NCBI GenBank assembly: GCA_040235515.1
Contig: JBECKX010000071.1
Span: 1-11,219, forward strand
Reading direction: 5' to 3'
DNA length: 11,219 nucleotides
DNA from: Candidatus Zixiibacteriota bacterium
Lineage (GTDB): Bacteria > Zixibacteria > MSB-5A5 > CAIYYT01
Shown here: piece by piece, positions 7,866-11,219 of the stretch
Layout: each line of letters starts with the position of its first letter
Numbering within the stretch: the stretch's first letter is position 1
Notes under the pieces: model-generated
Databases searched by the model: none
What the model saw: the letters and a program-made list of their open reading frames with translations, nothing else
What the model was told of the DNA's origin: nothing
Program-made: the position numbers and the translations under genes

Positions 7866-7937
7866 AGCGGGTGAAGGGAGTCGAACCCTCGACATCCAGC
7901 TTGGGAAGCTGACGTTCTACCACTGAACTACACCCGC
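7866..7937 (-). tRNA. tRNA-Gly (anticodon CCC); 3' CCA not encoded
   Basis: GCGGGTGTAGTTCAGTGGTAGAACGTCAGCTTCCCAAGCTGGATGTCGAGGGTTCGACTCCCTTCACCCGCT folds into a cloverleaf: acceptor GCGGGTG/CACCCGC, anticodon loop TT-CCC-AA, T-loop TTCGACT, discriminator U. Confidence 0.97.
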
Positions 7938-7947
7938 GGTCGAAGAA

Positions 7948-7976
7948 AACCTAGGGCGCTTTGGCGATGATTGCAA
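7948..7976 (-). promoter_or_regulatory. Sigma70-type promoter of tRNA-Gly (possibly reading through into der)
   Basis: Minus strand TTGCAA (7976-7971), 17 nt spacer, TAGGTT (7953-7948), 10 nt upstream of the tRNA 5' end. Confidence 0.55.
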
Positions 7977-8006
7977 GTGATTTTTGCAGGATGATCGATT
8001 GTGCAG

Positions 8007-9545
8007 TTACGATGCGGCGGCGGTCAGCTCGGTTTCAGGCGCCGGTTTGGCCTTTTCCGGCTCGATTTGCGCCTGCAGTTCCTGGCGTTGTCTGCGGCGT
8101 TCCTGGCGCTGCCGTTCCCAGCGCGCATCCTGATCTGGGGTAAATGACGCCTTGGTGATCGTATCACCGAGGCGCTCGAAACAGACAGGACCGTAAATAT
8201 CCTTCGTAATAGTCTTGTAGAGTGCGCCAAAGTGGAGCGTGGTGCCGGCGAAGACAACCTGGTCGGCGATGATGCGTGCATCACCAAGATCTTCGACTGT
8301 AGATTCGAGCTGACTGTATTCCGCTTCAAGCTCTTTGCGTCGTTCCGGGATCTCGCGGGCCAGCTTCTTGAACTTGTCAAGTGTCTCGCGCTGCTCCGGA
8401 GGGAGTTTGCCGGCCATCTCGATCTGGTAGAGCTTGACCATCGCCTCTTTTACATTGTGTTCGTTTTCCGCCAGTTTCTCCAGTTCCTGCGAGATCTGTC
8501 GCTGGCGTTCCACCGCCTGCATATCGTAAGCGACATAGATATGCGTCGGCACGGCGGCTTCATTTCCGATCCGGCCCGCTCTCACGTAGTAACGAGCAGC
8601 GCAACGGCCGCCGGCGATGTAGCCATTCTTGTCTTTCAGGATGATCGAGTCTGCAGCGTAGAGATCGCCGTTGTGGACTTCATGGCCGACGAAGATTGAA
8701 CCACCTGCCCGAATCTTCTGGTTTTCCACATACTTCACGGTTACATCGGCGCCCGCCACCAGGCTGCCTTTGCCGCCGCCGAAAAATCCCCCACGAATCA
8801 GGATTGACGCGCCCGCAACAAGTTTGGCATCCTCAACGTTGCCGCCGATTTCGAGGTCCTGCCCGGTCTGTACTTTGAAGTCCGAAGTGATATCCTTGGC
8901 GATCCGGAGCGAACCGGCGCAGTCTAAGTTTCCGATCGAGGAATCCACCGAGCCGGGGATGTTCTGCTCGGCGTGAATACTTACTCTCCCCCCTCGAAAG
9001 CTGATCGTGCCATCGACGGCGGCGGTGAGTGCCATGCCGTCTCGTGCCGGCTCCACGTTGAACCCTGCCGGAAGCAGCTTGTCGCGTCCCGGTTTCGGCG
9101 GAATCTCCTCGTCGAATACGGAGCGCCCCGGGGTTCCGGCGGTCGGTGGGTGTTTCTTTACCAGGAGTTGTCCCGACTGGGCACTCTGGATGTAGTTAAG
9201 GTCTTTGTAGTTGATTTTACCGTTGGCATCGACGCTCGGTTCATGGCTGGGGGCCAGGTCGAAGAGGTACTCGAGGCGTGCATCCTCGCCATCTACCGGT
9301 TTTTCACCGCGCGCAACGAGGATCGGTTGACCATACACCGGTTTGGCCACCAATTCGTTGAGAGCGCCTTCGATCACGCCGAAGGTAACGCCCCCTTCGA
9401 GCAGGGTGCTGCGTAACTCCTCGAACGTCAGAAATCCTTCCGGCAGGTCTTCTTCTGTCAGAGTGATGTACGCTTCGCTGCCATCAGCATTCGCGGAAAC
9501 TGAGATCCCCTGCACCGACTTTATGAAGTTGTAGGTATCCGGCAC
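8007..9545 (-). CDS. fapA: FapA (DUF342) flagellar assembly protein A family
   Basis: GTG start with GGAGG upstream. DUF342-type motifs GVTFGVIE, VARGEKPVDGEDA, GKINYKDL, PPTAGTPGRSV and VDSSIGNLD, then beta-solenoid repeats, a coiled coil and VFAGTTLHFG. Confidence 0.9.
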   Translation of the reverse strand: MPDTYNFIKSVQGISVSANADGSEAYITLTEEDLPEGFLTFEELRSTLLEGGVTFGVIEGALNELVAKPVYGQPILVARGEKPVDGEDARLEYLFDLAPSHEPSVDANGKINYKDLNYIQSAQSGQLLVKKHPPTAGTPGRSVFDEEIPPKPGRDKLLPAGFNVEPARDGMALTAAVDGTISFRGGRVSIHAEQNIPGSVDSSIGNLDCAGSLRIAKDITSDFKVQTGQDLEIGGNVEDAKLVAGASILIRGGFFGGGKGSLVAGADVTVKYVENQKIRAGGSIFVGHEVHNGDLYAADSIILKDKNGYIAGGRCAARYYVRAGRIGNEAAVPTHIYVAYDMQAVERQRQISQELEKLAENEHNVKEAMVKLYQIEMAGKLPPEQRETLDKFKKLAREIPERRKELEAEYSQLESTVEDLGDARIIADQVVFAGTTLHFGALYKTITKDIYGPVCFERLGDTITKASFTPDQDARWERQRQERRRQRQELQAQIEPEKAKPAPETELTAAAS

Positions 9546-9565
9546 AGAAAGGCCTCCAACCGATG

Positions 9566-9973
9566 CTAGCTGTTCTGTTGCTGCTTGCGCAATGATTGGG
9601 AACGCCAGTAAGCGCGCTCCAGGACCACGGTGACTTCGTAGTGTTTGAACGGTTTGGTAATGTACTCGTCGGCTCCAAACAGCAAGGCGTCTTTGATGGT
9701 GTAGGAATCAGCGTATGCAGTCATCATGATAACGGCGATTGTCGGGTACTTGGCCTTGATCTCCTTCAACAGATCAAAACCGTTCATGTCAGGCATTTTG
9801 ACATCCGACAATACCATATCGAATTCCTGTTTCGCCAGGAGTTCCCTTGCTTCGTTACCACCCGAAGCTGTCTCCACGGCATAGCCCGCCTTCTCGAGGA
9901 TTTTGATCATGAGCTTACGCATGACCTCTTCGTCATCCACTACGAGGACTTTTATTTTACTCATTTCATCCAT
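9566..9973 (-). CDS. Stand-alone response regulator receiver (REC, CheY-like), 135 aa
   Basis: VLVVDDE, SDVKMPDMNG (phospho-acceptor Asp), MMTAY and YITKPF are all intact, with no output domain. ATG 9973 has GGAG upstream; the 72-aa extension in the ORF track is probably not translated. Confidence 0.93.
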   Translation of the reverse strand: MDEMSKIKVLVVDDEEVMRKLMIKILEKAGYAVETASGGNEARELLAKQEFDMVLSDVKMPDMNGFDLLKEIKAKYPTIAVIMMTAYADSYTIKDALLFGADEYITKPFKHYEVTVVLERAYWRSQSLRKQQQNS

Positions 9974-10001
9974 TGGGCCTATCTCCAAACTTCTACTCAG
10001 A

Positions 10002-10028
10002 ATATCGGCATGTCTGAGAAACTGTTTA
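10002..10028 (-). promoter_or_regulatory. Sigma28 (FliA/SigD) promoter upstream of REC-fapA
   Basis: Minus strand TAAA (10028-10025), 15 nt spacer, GCCGATAT (10009-10002), versus consensus TAAA-N15-GCCGATAA (one mismatch). Confidence 0.75.
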
Positions 10029-10679
10029 CTGCCTAAATGCCTGTGCGAGTTGATTATTGCCCCGTACCGCGGTCTGCGCCACCAGCGACTGCGCCAGTTC
10101 GGTAATGCTGTCGAAGTCTTTGAACAGTTGTCCGGTAATACCAGTAGTTGCAGTCGGTTGGTCCGAAGCGACTCGCGCGATGGTCGCACCCGATTCCTTC
10201 AGGTCTGCCGTCAATTGTTCCACTCTGGAACTCTCCAGTCGATTGGTGAGGAAGATCACCGTGAGGTGTTCACCCAACTCGGAGCTGAGATAGGTGAGCG
10301 ACTCTCGCATCGGCCAATCTGATTCAGCCATATCGAGCAGAGACACGCAGAATTTGCCCTGCTTGCATGTGAGCATATATACGAAATCGGTCAATCCAAC
10401 ATAGACGTTGCCGGCGGCGAGCAGATCGCCATCCTTCAGCAGGCTGATCGCAAATGGCACTGTTCTCTCCATCGCATTCAGATTCGCCTCCAGGAGTACA
10501 TTCTCTGTCGGCTGCAGAACCACGATGGGTAAATTGAAGCTGGGGGGTAATTCCAGGAGAAACTCATGGAGCGCCACCGGTGCACCAACATCAGTCACGA
10601 GCACAACCAGTTCAGGCGGAGCGGAATCGCGCCCTGGCTGCTGGCACTGTCTGGCGGGAAGGTTAGATTTGTCGGTCAA
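10026..10679 (-). CDS. CheB methylesterase-like domain protein, no REC domain, catalytic triad degenerate
   Basis: Aligns by eye with CheB consensus: LVVLVTDVGAPVALHEFLLELPPSFNLPIVVLQP ~ IVAIGASTGGPxAL..L..LP..F..PIVIVQH; KDGDLLAAGNVYV ~ DG..L..G.VYI; VIFLTNRLESS ~ GVILTGMG.DG; LKESGATI ~ IK..GG.TI. The TTG start has AAGGGA upstream and overlaps the preceding gene by 17 nt. Confidence 0.75.
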   Translation of the reverse strand: MTDKSNLPARQCQQPGRDSAPPELVVLVTDVGAPVALHEFLLELPPSFNLPIVVLQPTENVLLEANLNAMERTVPFAISLLKDGDLLAAGNVYVGLTDFVYMLTCKQGKFCVSLLDMAESDWPMRESLTYLSSELGEHLTVIFLTNRLESSRVEQLTADLKESGATIARVASDQPTATTGITGQLFKDFDSITELAQSLVAQTAVRGNNQLAQAFRQ

Positions 10680-11025
10680 TGCTGTTTCCCTTCTTTAGTG
10701 AAACGACTGTATTGACGATACTCTCAGCGGCTTTGCGCACCCGATCTAAGTGGACGTTCATCTCCGCGAGAGTGACCTGTTGTTCATCTTCATCGAGGGG
10801 TTTACCACTGGCCCTTTTCACTGCAACGGCGGCTACTTCCTGTGCGACGCTGGTCGTATCGATCAATTCCCCGAAATCGGTACTGACCTGTTTGAAGGCG
10901 GCATCGGTCAGCCGCAGTCGTGCGTTAGCGACGGTCAGATTGAGATTCAGGAGCCTGATCTCATCCACCAGGCGGCTGATCGCTTCGACCAGCTGCGTAA
11001 ACTCAACCGGATCTGGATTCGACAT
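10663..11025 (-). CDS. Small coiled-coil protein resembling a degenerate MCP (chemoreceptor) signalling hairpin
   Basis: Heptad-rich helical protein with no TM segment. ISRLVDEIRLLNLNLTVANARLRLTDAAFKQVSTDFGELIDTT aligns without gaps to the MCP tip consensus. Start is ATG 11025 or TTG 11052. Confidence 0.65.
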   Translation of the reverse strand: MSNPDPVEFTQLVEAISRLVDEIRLLNLNLTVANARLRLTDAAFKQVSTDFGELIDTTSVAQEVAAVAVKRASGKPLDEDEQQVTLAEMNVHLDRVRKAAESIVNTVVSLKKGNSIDRQI

Positions 11026-11087
11026 GGTCCGTGAGAACGCCTTTCTTCCCAACCCTTCCGATGGGAAACTCGAAGATTCTCGATTTG

Positions 11088-11219
11088 TCAGGGAAGCATC
11101 GTGCGCTCATCTTGTCCCGTGACCCGGCTCTGCCGGGAATCGTGAGGGATCTGCTCACTTGAGAGTATGCTGCGTCCTACTGTGCCGGAGAGCGTGACAG
11201 TGAGACTACCGGCATACTC
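11088..11219 (-). CDS. Probable 3' end of an upstream gene (starts beyond window)
   Basis: A minus frame is open from the edge to TGA at 11090-11088: EYAGSLTVTLSGTVGRSILSSEQIPHDSRQSRVTGQDERTMLP*. Same orientation as the downstream genes, but only 43 codons are visible. Confidence 0.4.
   Translation of the reverse strand, partial: EYAGSLTVTLSGTVGRSILSSEQIPHDSRQSRVTGQDERTMLP

Noticed and set aside
7840..7937. tRNA-Gly as an integration site or island boundary
   Set aside because: There is no integrase, I saw no duplicated tRNA 3' end, and the downstream neighbour is the core gene der. A missing encoded CCA is common.
9974..10189. 72-aa N-terminal extension of the response regulator in the ORF track
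   Set aside because: It overlaps the CheB-like gene and the sigma28 promoter; the SD and the domain boundary support ATG 9973.
10026..11052. Calling the CheB-like and MCP-like genes pseudogenes
   Set aside because: Both frames are uninterrupted, retain hydrophobic core patterns and overlap in a way that suggests translational coupling, so divergence with function is more likely; not proven.
91..11122. The many plus-strand and alternative-frame ORFs in the track (e.g. 527-1042, 2633-3028, 8232-8699, 8973-9416, 9596-10036, 10679-11122)
   Set aside because: They lie antisense to or inside well-supported genes and have no recognisable motifs; such shadow ORFs are expected in GC-rich DNA.
11163..11219. 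Inverted repeats GAGTATGC...GCATACTC and TGCCGG...CCGGCA at the right edge as an ncRNA or mobile-element end
   Set aside because: They are truncated by the window, the two stems compete for the same 3' arm, and they lie in an open reading frame; cannot be supported.

Overview
Bacterial chromosomal window, about 55-60% GC by eye, with almost all genes on the minus strand. Read in the direction of transcription (right to left) there are four blocks. (1) A motility/chemosensory-like block: a partial ORF, a 120-129 aa protein resembling a degenerate miniature chemoreceptor (MCP) signalling hairpin, a CheB methylesterase-like protein lacking its catalytic triad, then a near-consensus sigma28 promoter ahead of a stand-alone receiver protein and fapA (DUF342). 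(2) tRNA-Gly(CCC) and der/engA. (3) An envelope cluster: putative outer-membrane beta-barrel, uppP, GT9 heptosyltransferase, gmhB-like phosphatase and a cupin. (4) A plus-strand ArsR regulator with a C-terminal Cys-Cys, divergent from a class I/II aminotransferase with a hairpin-rich leader, followed by a secreted dockerin/cohesin-like protein that runs off the left edge and is missing from the ORF track. LPS genes plus this dockerin style suggest a diderm lineage such as Zixibacteria (inference only). The best candidate for an undescribed system is the degenerate 'pseudo-chemosensory' module at about 8007-11219. All family calls come from motif recognition by eye; no database search was run.
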